From: Acidobacteriota bacterium
GTDB taxonomy: Bacteria; Acidobacteriota; UBA6911; RPQK01; JAJDTT01
DNA: 64,000 nucleotides
Direction of reading: 5' to 3'
Assembly: GCA_965217775.1 (NCBI GenBank)
Contig: CBDCJH010000002.1
Span: 32,001 to 96,000, forward strand
This document shows positions 46,423 through 55,606 of the stretch, piece by piece (position 1 is the stretch's first letter; each line of letters starts with the position of its first letter). The translations under genes and the position numbers were made by a program. The notes below the pieces were generated by a model. The model saw only the letters and a program-made list of their open reading frames with translations, was not told the origin of the DNA and did no database searches.

Positions 46423-48395
46423 TGCTCATACTCCTTCTTACCTTCGCCCGCCGCCGCCCCCTGACCTGTGGCCAACATCATGATGGGGACCCGTCCCAGC
46501 GGAAGCGGTGTACCGGTCCGGTCGCCGGCCATGGGTTGGGCCCAGAGACGGACGAGCTGAGGCGTCCCGGTGGCGGGTGCGTCCGCGTCCGCCACGAAAG
46601 CCATCGTTACTCCCTTTCGAACCGGACGGAATCGAGTCATATCACCGAGATTGCCGCTTTCCAGTCCCATGGGGAAATAATAGGCGCCTTTGAGCAGAGA
46701 GGTGGTGTAAGGGGCCGGGGTGGCCGGAAGGACCCGGACGCCGCGGGGAAGGTTGTCCGCCATAACGGCGACTCCGCCCTCGAAACCTTCCTCCAGATCG
46801 CAGACCACGGTGAAGGTCTTGCTCTGTCCCGGCTCCAGGTACACCCGATCCGTGGTGGGTCCCAACCTTCGCCCCTTGACTCCCAGGACGTACTCCACCC
46901 GGCCCACGTGGGGGATCTTGGGACGAATCAGCAACCGGTAGGCCAACTCGGGTCCGCCCCTTCGAGAGGTCAGGTCTCGGATCAGGAGCCGGTAGATTCC
47001 GTCTTTCTGAAAAGTAAAGACCGTCTTGCGCTCGGTCGTCTTGCTGACGTCGTCGCCGTCCCCGCCGTATTCAAAGTGGATATTGTTGAAGACTTCCTCC
47101 CCCTCCGGGCCGGAGACCCAGATCCAAGGATTGAATTGGGGTGGCGCCGCCTCGGGAGTCTCGACCTCGAATGCCAGACCCTCCCCGGCTTTCACGCGGA
47201 ATCGATAGGTGTCCACGTCCCCGGGTGGGTCGATGGTCCCCTCCAGGACCACGGCGGTGGAGACTTCGGGACCCTCGGTGTCATTGGGTTCCTGTTCCTG
47301 AAATCGAGAGATGACCCGGTCATGCACCGCGTCTCCCTGGGACTCCGGTTCGGCTTCGGCGTCTCCCGATCCGGTGGCGGGAGCGACACTTCGAGCTGCC
47401 AGCACCTTCAGCCGGTCGGATTCAAGCGGCTTATGGAACGCACCATGTTGAGCGTACGCCCCCGAGTCCCGTTCCAGCCAGTCGGCCGGATCGGGATGAG
47501 CGGGCTGACCCATGACCGTGGAAGAGTCCGGAGGCTCGGTGCCGATCCTGAGCAGGTAGACGAAGTCGGGGTTCCCCTCACCCAGGAAGGAACCCATGGA
47601 GACCAGGTAGCGGCCGGCTGTTCGGAATCGGTGCGTCGGCATGGGAAAGACGGCAAACCGGGCGCCCCAGCCCTGGCGCCGCGACTGGAGCACCGGAACC
47701 CAAGAGAGCGGCCGGGACTCCCACGGCAGCCTGAGGAGGCGGTCCGGGTCGAACCAGCTTCCGGTGGGTGCGTAGAGGTTCAACTCCGCCTCCGCACTGT
47801 AGGGGATATAGATGGGAAAGGAGGTGAAGGTCTGGAAGTGGAATTGCTCGCCCTCCTTCGCCTGGAAGGCGTACCAATCGAGTTCCCCGTTGGTCTTGGT
47901 GGTGCCGGCGATGACGACCGGCGCCTGAACCATCTGGCGCTTCTCCGCCTCCTGCTCCAGCACCACGGGTTCGCTGACGACCTGGAAGGTCAAGGCATTG
48001 GACATGCCGCGGGGAGTGACGATCCGAAACCGGTGAAGCCCGACCTTGGCGTCCCCGGCGATCCGGAGTTGCAACCGGGCTCGATGTCCGGCCAACTCCG
48101 TCTGCTTGGCTTGCGGGTCCCGCTCCGCCAGTTCATCGGGGGCTGATTCCCGGATCTCCTCGAGGCCCAGAAATCGGATCTCCACGTCGTCGCACTCGAA
48201 CCAGGCGGCAGTGGCCCCTTCCATGTGCTGCCCTCGGACCGACACCTCCACCGTCGTGCCTCGTTCTCCCCCCAGGGGGAAGACGGAGAGGGTCTTGGGC
48301 TCCTTGGGCGGCGCTTTCTTGGACTCGTCCGCAGCCCGGGAATCACCCAAGAACAAAAGCACGAGCACAGCTATCAGGGGTCTGATCTTGAACAT
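46419..48395 (-). CDS. PPC (pre-peptidase C-terminal) domain protein of the DUF1501 cluster
   Basis: Signal peptide, SVFPLGGERGTTVEV, EQEPND, GDVDTYRF, RGGPELAYRL. Confidence 0.82.
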   Translation of the reverse strand: MFKIRPLIAVLVLLFLGDSRAADESKKAPPKEPKTLSVFPLGGERGTTVEVSVRGQHMEGATAAWFECDDVEIRFLGLEEIRESAPDELAERDPQAKQTELAGHRARLQLRIAGDAKVGLHRFRIVTPRGMSNALTFQVVSEPVVLEQEAEKRQMVQAPVVIAGTTKTNGELDWYAFQAKEGEQFHFQTFTSFPIYIPYSAEAELNLYAPTGSWFDPDRLLRLPWESRPLSWVPVLQSRRQGWGARFAVFPMPTHRFRTAGRYLVSMGSFLGEGNPDFVYLLRIGTEPPDSSTVMGQPAHPDPADWLERDSGAYAQHGAFHKPLESDRLKVLAARSVAPATGSGDAEAEPESQGDAVHDRVISRFQEQEPNDTEGPEVSTAVVLEGTIDPPGDVDTYRFRVKAGEGLAFEVETPEAAPPQFNPWIWVSGPEGEEVFNNIHFEYGGDGDDVSKTTERKTVFTFQKDGIYRLLIRDLTSRRGGPELAYRLLIRPKIPHVGRVEYVLGVKGRRLGPTTDRVYLEPGQSKTFTVVCDLEEGFEGGVAVMADNLPRGVRVLPATPAPYTTSLLKGAYYFPMGLESGNLGDMTRFRPVRKGVTMAFVADADAPATGTPQLVRLWAQPMAGDRTGTPLPLGRVPIMMLATGQGAAAGEGKKEYEQ

Positions 48396-48581
48396 GGATT
48401 CGACTCGATGGTCAAAATTATGCTACCACACGCGCCGGCAAGTTTCGTTGCGCCGGGATCGCGTTTCAAGTAACTGTTCGTAGTAGACTGGCGGGGCGGC
48501 GGAGGCCGGCAAAAACGCAGCTTACTATCGAGGGGGCGTACGGGTCCGGCGCCAACATCAGCAGAGGAGAGGAGTGAGGCA

Positions 48582-49769
48582 TTGAAGTTTCCGGCAGGTC
48601 CAAGGTTCGCATCTCGATTTCGACTCGTTCGAATGTTGTTGCTTGCGCTGTTTCCACTCTGGCTCCAGCTCTCCTGCGGTGAATCGGTCCCTTCCCAGGA
48701 GGAGACGAACCGGAGCCTGGTGGTTCCAACCCCCGATCTCAAGGTGGCCTTCATCGGAGACTCGGGATACGGTCCGCGCACCGACCGGGTGTTGGAGTTG
48801 ATCCGGCGGGAGGGCGCCCATCTGGTTCTCCACCAGGGGGACCTCGGGTACGACGAGGGCAATCCGAAGGCGCCGGTCAACTGGCATTCGGGTGTCGAGC
48901 GGATTCTGGACGCGGCGGTCGAGGGAGGACGGTTTCCCTATCTCTACAGCGTCGGCAACCACGATGTCCGCCACTGGCGCCAACGGAGTCCACCCGGATA
49001 TAGCCGGATTCTCCAGGAGCGGGTGGAAGGGACCCCCGGCCTGGAGTGCACCGGGGATCTGGGAGTGAAGTCCTCCTGCACCTACCAGGGACTCTACCTG
49101 GTGCTCTCGGGAGTGGGCTCCATGGGTCAGGGGCACCGGCAGTACCTCTCCGAGGCCCTGGACGAGGGCGAGGACTTCCTCTGGAGAATCGCCTCCTGGC
49201 ACAAGAACCAGCAGGACATGCAGGCGGGCGGGAAACGGGACGACACGGGCTGGGGGGTGTACCGGGACTGCCAGGAAGCCGGAGCCATCATCGCCACCGG
49301 TCATGAGCACTCCTACTCCCGGAGCTATACCCTGACCGATCTGGGCAACGAGCCGGCGGGCCACGGAGCCACGGGCTCACCCGAACGGATGGTTTTGGGG
49401 GCAGGGAAGACCTTCGTCCTGGTCAACGGACTGGGGGGCAAGAGTGGACGGGACTACCACTGTGAGCAGCACGAGGACGACACCTGGTGGGCCACTATCT
49501 TCGCGCGGAACTTCTGGCTCGCCAACGGGGTCGTCAAGGAGAAGAACTGCTCCATCATGGACCCGGAGGGGAAACAGTATGCCCGGACGGTCCGGGAGTA
49601 TGCCGACGGCGTCTTGTTCATCACCTTCAACCCGGGCGGCCAGACCCACTTGGCCCACGGAGAATTCCTGACCGTGGAGGGAGACCGGATCGACGAATTC
49701 GAGATCGTGAACGAGCGGAGCCCGAACGCGGCAGTCAGCTCGGATGTCAGCAGCAGAGAAGGCGGATGA
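48582..49769 (+). CDS. Secreted calcineurin-like metallophosphoesterase
   Basis: GDSG, GDLGY, GNHD, GHEHSY motifs; possible lipobox LSC; start uncertain. Confidence 0.85.
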   Translation: MKFPAGPRFASRFRLVRMLLLALFPLWLQLSCGESVPSQEETNRSLVVPTPDLKVAFIGDSGYGPRTDRVLELIRREGAHLVLHQGDLGYDEGNPKAPVNWHSGVERILDAAVEGGRFPYLYSVGNHDVRHWRQRSPPGYSRILQERVEGTPGLECTGDLGVKSSCTYQGLYLVLSGVGSMGQGHRQYLSEALDEGEDFLWRIASWHKNQQDMQAGGKRDDTGWGVYRDCQEAGAIIATGHEHSYSRSYTLTDLGNEPAGHGATGSPERMVLGAGKTFVLVNGLGGKSGRDYHCEQHEDDTWWATIFARNFWLANGVVKEKNCSIMDPEGKQYARTVREYADGVLFITFNPGGQTHLAHGEFLTVEGDRIDEFEIVNERSPNAAVSSDVSSREGG

Positions 49770-50695
49770 AAAGGCGCGATGCGCTGAAACTGATGGCGGG
49801 AAGCCTGTTGGCCGGGGACCTTTGGAGCCGCTCCGAAAACGGACGACTGCGAGCGTCCCCGGATTTCCGATTCCGTTACATCCTGGCGTCCAGCCTCTAT
49901 GGAATGTTGAAGCTGAAGGAGATCCTTCCGGAGGTGGCGCGCACCGGCTGCCGCTTTATCGACATCTGGCCGCGAGGCCATGCCGACCAGCGGGAACAGA
50001 TCGAGGAGATGGGGCATGAGGCCTTCGGCCGGCTCCTGCAGCAGCACGGGGTCCAGGTGGGAATCCTGACCCACTACGACCTGGGTCCGTTCGGTCTCCA
50101 GGAGGCGATGAATGTCGGCCGGCAGTGGGGAACCCGCATCCTCATCTGCGGCAGCGTCAAACGGACGGGCGAGGGTCCGGAATCGCTGAAAGCCGAAATC
50201 GACGCCTTCATCGAGAAGATGAAGCCCCACGTGGCCGCCGCCGAGGAGGCAGGCGTGACCATCGGCATCGAGAACCACGGCTCGGCGTTGATCCGGAGCC
50301 CCGATTCCATCCGCTATCTGGCCGAGAAGTCGCCCTCACCCCGTCTGGGGATCGCTCTGGCGCCCTACCACCTGCCGCAGGACCCGGAGCTCATCGCCGG
50401 ACTCATCCGGGATCTGGGGCCGAAGATGGTCCACTTCTATGCTTGGCAACATGGCAAGGGCGCCATGAAGAAGCTGCCCAAGGCGGAAGAGATGGAGCAG
50501 TTGCCTGGATTCGGCAGCCTGGACTTCATCCCCATCGTTCGGGCCCTCAAGGAGACCCGCTATCAGGGATGGACCTCCATCTTCATGCACCCGGTCCCCC
50601 GGGGGATTCCCATCCTGCCCACGGCCCGGGAGGTCACGGACGCCGTGAACCGGTCCCGCCGTTACCTGGAGGAATGCCTGCAGGCGGTCTCGTGA
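49766..50695 (+). CDS. Sugar phosphate isomerase/epimerase (AP endonuclease 2 TIM barrel), Tat signal
   Basis: MKRRDALK start overlaps the upstream stop (ATGA); IGIENH, PGFGSLDF. Confidence 0.85.
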   Translation: MKRRDALKLMAGSLLAGDLWSRSENGRLRASPDFRFRYILASSLYGMLKLKEILPEVARTGCRFIDIWPRGHADQREQIEEMGHEAFGRLLQQHGVQVGILTHYDLGPFGLQEAMNVGRQWGTRILICGSVKRTGEGPESLKAEIDAFIEKMKPHVAAAEEAGVTIGIENHGSALIRSPDSIRYLAEKSPSPRLGIALAPYHLPQDPELIAGLIRDLGPKMVHFYAWQHGKGAMKKLPKAEEMEQLPGFGSLDFIPIVRALKETRYQGWTSIFMHPVPRGIPILPTAREVTDAVNRSRRYLEECLQAVS

Positions 50696-50715
50696 CCCCG
50701 GCATCGACGGCGGGG
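50679..50715. repeat. att-like direct repeat, left copy
   Basis: TGCAGGCGGTCTCGTGACCCCGGCATCGACGGCGGGG; 34/37 identical to 53285-53321; contains the gene's last codons and stop. Confidence 0.8.
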
Positions 50716-50856
50716 TAAATAGGTTTCATGAGAGGATCTTTGCGACCCTTTCTGTTCTCCGCTTAGTGTGACCATTTGGGACTGGATTCCCTGACACCCC
50801 ACCGTAAGACAAAGCGTTATTACAATAGTTGTTACGACCTGAGGAAGGGACGATCC

Positions 50857-51084
50857 ATGGTTGAATTGAAGGTTCGTAAATTCGGCAACTCGCTCGGCGT
50901 CATCCTTCCCAAAGAGGTCATCAGCCGGCTGCGAACGAAAGACGGGGAGCCTCTATTCCTGATCGAAGCTCCTGACGGCGGGTACCAACTGACACCTTAC
51001 GATCCCGCGTTCAAAAGGAAACTGGCCAAAGCCGAAGATATCATTGGCCGCTACCGGAACACGTTGCGCGTATTGGCCAAGTGA
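50857..51084 (+). CDS. AbrB/MazE-family antitoxin (orphan)
   Basis: MVELKVRKFGNSLGVILPKEV...LTPYDP...RYRNTLRVLAK; operator-like GTAAGACAAAGCGTTATTAC upstream; no toxin ORF downstream. Confidence 0.85.
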   Translation: MVELKVRKFGNSLGVILPKEVISRLRTKDGEPLFLIEAPDGGYQLTPYDPAFKRKLAKAEDIIGRYRNTLRVLAK

Positions 51085-51116
51085 CGAATGGGAATCACGG
51101 GAGGGAAGAAACAGAA

Positions 51117-52331
51117 TCACGAAAACCGGGTGACATTCTCTCTGCCTGCGACCGCCCGAACTGCAGACTCGTCGAGTTCGACGCCCAGACCTGGACCGGC
51201 GGGCACGAGGTACTCGGGGCCGTCGACCTCGAGGGGCCGATCGAGATAGCGGTTGGCAACCGAGAAGACGGCCGGGTTGTACTCGGCGAGCCCGACATTG
51301 CTTGACGAAGCAGCGAATTGCAGGGCCGCGGCAATCTGGGGTCCCATGGCAATGCTGATGTGGGGGACGATCCGAGCGCTGGCGCCGATGTCCCGCGCCA
51401 GGCCGGCCGCTTCGGTGATGCCCCAACGGCCGAGGTCAGGCTGCAACCACTGGACGCAGCCGCACGCCAGGAATGGAGCCAGCTCGTACCGCGTACGATA
51501 GCTCTCGCCCAATGCGATCGGCGTGCGGATTTCAGCCGCCAAATCGGCGTGGTCTGCCGGGGATTCCGGAGCAAGCGGGCATTCAAGCCACAGGGACCCG
51601 CGATCGTCAAGTTTTCTGCCAAAGCCGCCCGCCGAGGCCCCGTCAAGCCGCCAGAGAGCGTCCACCGCGAGGGAAGCCTCCGGCCCCAAGGCTGCGCGCA
51701 GGCGGTCGATGAGATCGAAGAGTTCTTCTTCCGTACGGTCGTAGAACAGCTTGAAGATTCGAAATCCTGCGTCCCAGGCCTCCCGGGCCCGCTCTACTCG
51801 ATCCGCGTTGGTTGCGCCCGGGAGCCCCGAGAGGTAGCACGGAATCCTGCTCTTGGAGGCGGAAGATGACAGCAGGTCCGCGACCGAAGTCCCAAGAGCC
51901 TTGCCGGCCAGGTCCCACAGGGCGATGTCGACTCCGGCGATCGCATCGAGCATGAAGCCGCCCGTCTGACCGCGAACGCGCATGGTCGAGTACATCCGAT
52001 TTCGCAACGACCTCACCGTATCGGGAGAACCGTCGAAATCCTGGCCCTCGACCGCCGGGCGCAGCAATTGATCAATGATCAGGCACGCTATATCCGGAGC
52101 GAGCGGGGCCTGGGCCTCTCCCCATCCGGCCAGGCCTGACTCCAGTGTCACCTTGACCAGCGCGGCTTCGAAATTCACCGAATAGAGCGTGCTGTTCGTT
52201 TCCGACCAGCGGTAATCGAAACCACCGGCCGCCAGCTTGGCGGGTGTACCCGCGGTTCCTGTCACCGCTGCGGCGTCACGCGGCAGCCTGATCGAAAACG
52301 CCTCGATTAAAGCGATTCGATCTACTGACAT
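51117..52331 (-). CDS. Mandelate racemase/muconate lactonizing enzyme family protein
   Basis: GWGE, AGVDIALWDLAGK, KLF, VDA, WLECP, IALGES, QPD, GPGLG. Confidence 0.88.
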   Translation of the reverse strand: MSVDRIALIEAFSIRLPRDAAAVTGTAGTPAKLAAGGFDYRWSETNSTLYSVNFEAALVKVTLESGLAGWGEAQAPLAPDIACLIIDQLLRPAVEGQDFDGSPDTVRSLRNRMYSTMRVRGQTGGFMLDAIAGVDIALWDLAGKALGTSVADLLSSSASKSRIPCYLSGLPGATNADRVERAREAWDAGFRIFKLFYDRTEEELFDLIDRLRAALGPEASLAVDALWRLDGASAGGFGRKLDDRGSLWLECPLAPESPADHADLAAEIRTPIALGESYRTRYELAPFLACGCVQWLQPDLGRWGITEAAGLARDIGASARIVPHISIAMGPQIAAALQFAASSSNVGLAEYNPAVFSVANRYLDRPLEVDGPEYLVPAGPGLGVELDESAVRAVAGRENVTRFS

Positions 52332-53233
52332 GGCGGACTGTTCGTCCCCACCAATGATCGCAGAGCAGCAAGCTCCCTCAACCCGTATGCATCAAGCGAG
52401 CGGGTTGGATGGCGGACCATGGCGTGCTCGATAATTCCCGCATGTACGAGATTGTGTTTCATTGCCGAAACGCCCAGTCCGGGCTGCAATTCATACCGGA
52501 TCAGGGGCAGCGCCCGCTGGAACGCGCTCCATGCCGAATCGAACTCGCCGTTCTCAAGCGCGCTCCAGATCGAGCAGTAGACCGAAACCAGGTCGCTGCC
52601 CGGCATGATTCCCCGGGATCCCCGCTGCCACTCCTCGATCATGAACTGCCCGTTCAGTCCTCCGAACAGCGTCAGCGTGTCGCCGGCGGCTTCGAGCGTC
52701 GTGGTGATCTTGGGGGCGGTCGGCGGAGCCTCGATCTTCGCGTACTCCACATGCTCGATTTCACGGGCCATGCGTGCGAGCAGCGCCGGGGGCATAGCTA
52801 CCTGCGTGAGCAGGGGCGCATCCTGCACCATGATCGGAATTCCAACCGCATCGCTGATCGCGGAATAGAAGAACCTCAGGCCGTCCGCATCGGGGCGCAA
52901 GTAGTACGGCGGCAAGACCATCAAGCCTGCCGCACCGAGGCCCTCCGCTTCTTTGCAGGCTTCGACGGCGGCTTCCGTACCGGTGGCGCCAACGCCGGCG
53001 ATCACCGGGGTCCTGCCGTCCAAATGACGCACGATCGCATCGAGCAACCGGCGCTTCTCTGAAGGCAGGAGAGCGTAGCCCTCCCCGGCGTTGCCGAAGG
53101 CGCCGAAGCCGCCCAGGGCTCCGTGCGCGTACAGATGGTCAACGACCCGCAGCAGGCCGGCCACGTCGACCTTGCCGTCGTCCTTGAACGGCGTTACCAG
53201 AATGGGAATGACTCCTTGGAAAGCGTTCTGCAT
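52322..53233 (-). CDS. Dihydrodipicolinate synthase (DapA-like) family aldolase/dehydratase
   Basis: GVIPILVTPF, GNAGE, LPPYY, IMVQD, AKIE. Confidence 0.88.
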   Translation of the reverse strand: MQNAFQGVIPILVTPFKDDGKVDVAGLLRVVDHLYAHGALGGFGAFGNAGEGYALLPSEKRRLLDAIVRHLDGRTPVIAGVGATGTEAAVEACKEAEGLGAAGLMVLPPYYLRPDADGLRFFYSAISDAVGIPIMVQDAPLLTQVAMPPALLARMAREIEHVEYAKIEAPPTAPKITTTLEAAGDTLTLFGGLNGQFMIEEWQRGSRGIMPGSDLVSVYCSIWSALENGEFDSAWSAFQRALPLIRYELQPGLGVSAMKHNLVHAGIIEHAMVRHPTRSLDAYGLRELAALRSLVGTNSPPCQ

Positions 53234-53284
53234 CTTTATCGTCTTCGTACCTGAAAAAACAGACGGTCCCTTTCCGTACGCACG

Positions 53285-53321
53285 TGCAGGCGGTCTCGCG
53301 ACCCCGGCATCGGCGGCTGGG
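53285..53321. repeat. att-like direct repeat, right copy
   Basis: TGCAGGCGGTCTCGCGACCCCGGCATCGGCGGCTGGG. Confidence 0.8.
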
Positions 53322-53335
53322 AAGCCGCTGCTTCT

Positions 53336-54523
53336 CTACCACATGGACTTCTTGTCCCCCCAAGGGTGACGGAGAAGCTCCTCCTCGCGGAGCTCGGTCC
53401 CCCATCCGGGGCCGGTGGGAACCTTCATCTGGCCGTTGACGACCTCAGGCGCATGGGTCGTCACATCGTCCCTCCACGGAACGTCATCGATGTCGGCCTC
53501 CATGATGCGGACGTTGGGGAGGACTCCGCAGAGGCTGGCGCTCATGAAGGTGGCCAAGTGGCTGTAGTAGTTGTGAGGAGCGATGTTCAATTGGTAGGTC
53601 TCCGCCAGGTCCCCGATCTTCTTGGCCTGGGAGAAGCCGTTCCAGGGCACGTCCACCATGAACACGTCGGCCGCCCGCAACTCGAAGTAGGGGATGAACT
53701 CCCGCATGTAGATCAGGTTCTCGCCGGTGCAGATGGGAGTGGAAGTCGATTCCTTGATGTCCCGAATGGACTGGGGATCGTACATGTCGATCTCCAGCCA
53801 GAGCAGGTCGTAGGGCTCCAAGGCACGGGCGATTCGGCGGCAGGCTTCCGGTTTGAAGTTGAAATTAAGGTCCAGGTTGATGTCCACGTTGGGCCCGACA
53901 GCCTCTCGAAAGCTGGCAATGACGCTCACGATGTGGTCCAGCAACTGAGGCGTGATGGCCTGGTCCGTGGTGCCGGTACCCCGGGCGAATCCGGGAAAGT
54001 AGGCGAACGGAGTATCCCCCGGGAAGATGATGTTGGTCTTCAAGGCGGTGTAGCCCTTCGCCACCACCTCACGGCCCAGGGCGCCCACGTCCGACAGGGT
54101 CCGGAGCGGCTCGCACCCGACATGGCGGTAGTGCGCGGTCCGGGTGGTTCCGCAATGGGACCAGTAGAGGCGGACCTCTTCCCTCAGGGGACCGCCGAAG
54201 AGCTCCACGACGGAGATGCCCAGGGCGCGCGCCTTGATGTCCAGGAGCGCCAGCTCGATGCCGGCGATCCCCTTGGCAGCGATGCCCCCCGGACTCTGGC
54301 GGGTGCCTCGGATCATGTCCCAGAACCGCATCTCGAAGGCCCGGGGATCCTGTCCCAAGAGGAGCGGCTTCAGGTCGTGGACGACGCCCACCACGCCCCA
54401 CGGATTCTTGCCGTCGCTGCACTCGCCGCAGCCGGTCACCCCCTCGTCGGTCTCGATCTTGACGAAGACCCAGGGCCTCCAACCGGCGTCGACGACGAAG
54501 GTCTTGATCTCGGTGATTTTCAT
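53336..54523 (-). CDS. Mandelate racemase / galactonate dehydratase-like enolase superfamily protein
   Basis: MKITEIKTF, WVFVKIETDEG, KTN, DLN, WLE, TGE, APHN, GPGWG. Confidence 0.9.
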   Translation of the reverse strand: MKITEIKTFVVDAGWRPWVFVKIETDEGVTGCGECSDGKNPWGVVGVVHDLKPLLLGQDPRAFEMRFWDMIRGTRQSPGGIAAKGIAGIELALLDIKARALGISVVELFGGPLREEVRLYWSHCGTTRTAHYRHVGCEPLRTLSDVGALGREVVAKGYTALKTNIIFPGDTPFAYFPGFARGTGTTDQAITPQLLDHIVSVIASFREAVGPNVDINLDLNFNFKPEACRRIARALEPYDLLWLEIDMYDPQSIRDIKESTSTPICTGENLIYMREFIPYFELRAADVFMVDVPWNGFSQAKKIGDLAETYQLNIAPHNYYSHLATFMSASLCGVLPNVRIMEADIDDVPWRDDVTTHAPEVVNGQMKVPTGPGWGTELREEELLRHPWGDKKSMW

Positions 54524-54664
54524 GGTGATAGTCCCTCGTTTTTGAAAAGGTCCCGAGAGCGTACGCTTGGGAACATTACCCGCGCAAGCCTTGCCGAATA
54601 GGCGGGCGCGGAGCCGGCGCGATCAGATTGACTGCCAACGCCGTGAGTATGCGAACATGGAATC

Positions 54665-54919
54665 ATGAAAACGACCGTCGCACTTGATGAAGCTACCTTC
54701 CGAGAGGCTAAGGTCCTGGCCGCCGACCGTGGGATGACGTTGGAGCAGTTCGTCACTGAAGCGGTCCAAGAGCAACTCCGTCGCTATGACCGCGAAGCCC
54801 ATGATCGAGACAAAGAGCCACCATGGATGGCCGGGTTCGGCAGGCTGGCCGACCTCACGAACGAAAATCGGCGTGTTCTACGTATGATCGAGAAGGAGTT
54901 CGAGGGGCCCGACTCGTAA
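54665..54919 (+). CDS. VapB-like ribbon-helix-helix antitoxin (orphan)
   Basis: MKTTVALDEATFREAKVLAADRGMTLEQFVTEAV; followed only by GTG ATC CTC GAT, resembling the MILD start of a lost PIN toxin. Confidence 0.7.
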   Translation: MKTTVALDEATFREAKVLAADRGMTLEQFVTEAVQEQLRRYDREAHDRDKEPPWMAGFGRLADLTNENRRVLRMIEKEFEGPDS

Positions 54920-55021
54920 GACTCGGCGTGATCCTCGATGCGATCCCGTGATTACCCACAACGCGTTTTCAGACTCGGGCGGTGCGTGCTAATCTGGTTT
55001 CCGCTCAATAGGGGAGATCAC

Positions 55022-55606
55022 ATGGAAAAAGTACTCGTCATTGTGGGAGATGCGACCGAGACCGTGGATACGCTGTATCCGTATTTTCGCCTCCAGGAGG
55101 CTGGCTTCCAGCCCGTCGTCGCGGCGCCGGAGAAGCGCCGTTACAACATGGTCCTGCATGAGATCGGGCCCAACTGGGACATCACCCGGGAGTTCGAGGG
55201 CTACAAGATCGATGCGGACATCGCCTTTCGCGACGTGGTGCCGGAAGAGTACCTGGGCATCTTCTTTTCGGGCGGCCGAGCTCCCGAGTACCTCCGTTAC
55301 GATGAGCACCTGGTAGCCATGACGCGCCATTTCTTCGAGATCAACAAACCGGTGGGCTGCGTCTGCCACGGCGTGGAGATTCCCGCCTACGCCGGCTGCG
55401 TCAAGGGGCGGAGGATGGCCACCGTGCCCAAGTGCAAGTTCGACTTGGAAGTGTGCGGCGGCATCTTCGTCGACGCCGGCTGCGTGGTGGACGGAAACCT
55501 GGTGAGCGGGCGCACCTATCACGACCATGGCCAGTACATGGGGCACTGGATCCGGCTGCTGATCGAGGCTCGCGAGGAGCAGCTTGTCCAGGCCGCGGTC
55601 GGTTGA
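55022..55606 (+). CDS. DJ-1/PfpI family protein
   Basis: Start at ATG 55022 with GGAG RBS; GGRAPEYLR, VCHG nucleophile elbow, VDGNLVSGR. Confidence 0.9.
   Translation: MEKVLVIVGDATETVDTLYPYFRLQEAGFQPVVAAPEKRRYNMVLHEIGPNWDITREFEGYKIDADIAFRDVVPEEYLGIFFSGGRAPEYLRYDEHLVAMTRHFFEINKPVGCVCHGVEIPAYAGCVKGRRMATVPKCKFDLEVCGGIFVDAGCVVDGNLVSGRTYHDHGQYMGHWIRLLIEAREEQLVQAAVG

Noticed and set aside
48481-48530. Possible riboswitch in the divergent intergenic region
   Set aside because: Only weak pairing (TAGTAG/TTACTA) and no match to a riboswitch consensus I can recognise.
54575-54960. ATTACCC 7-bp repeat around the VapB-like gene as an insertion scar
   Set aside because: Too short to distinguish from chance.
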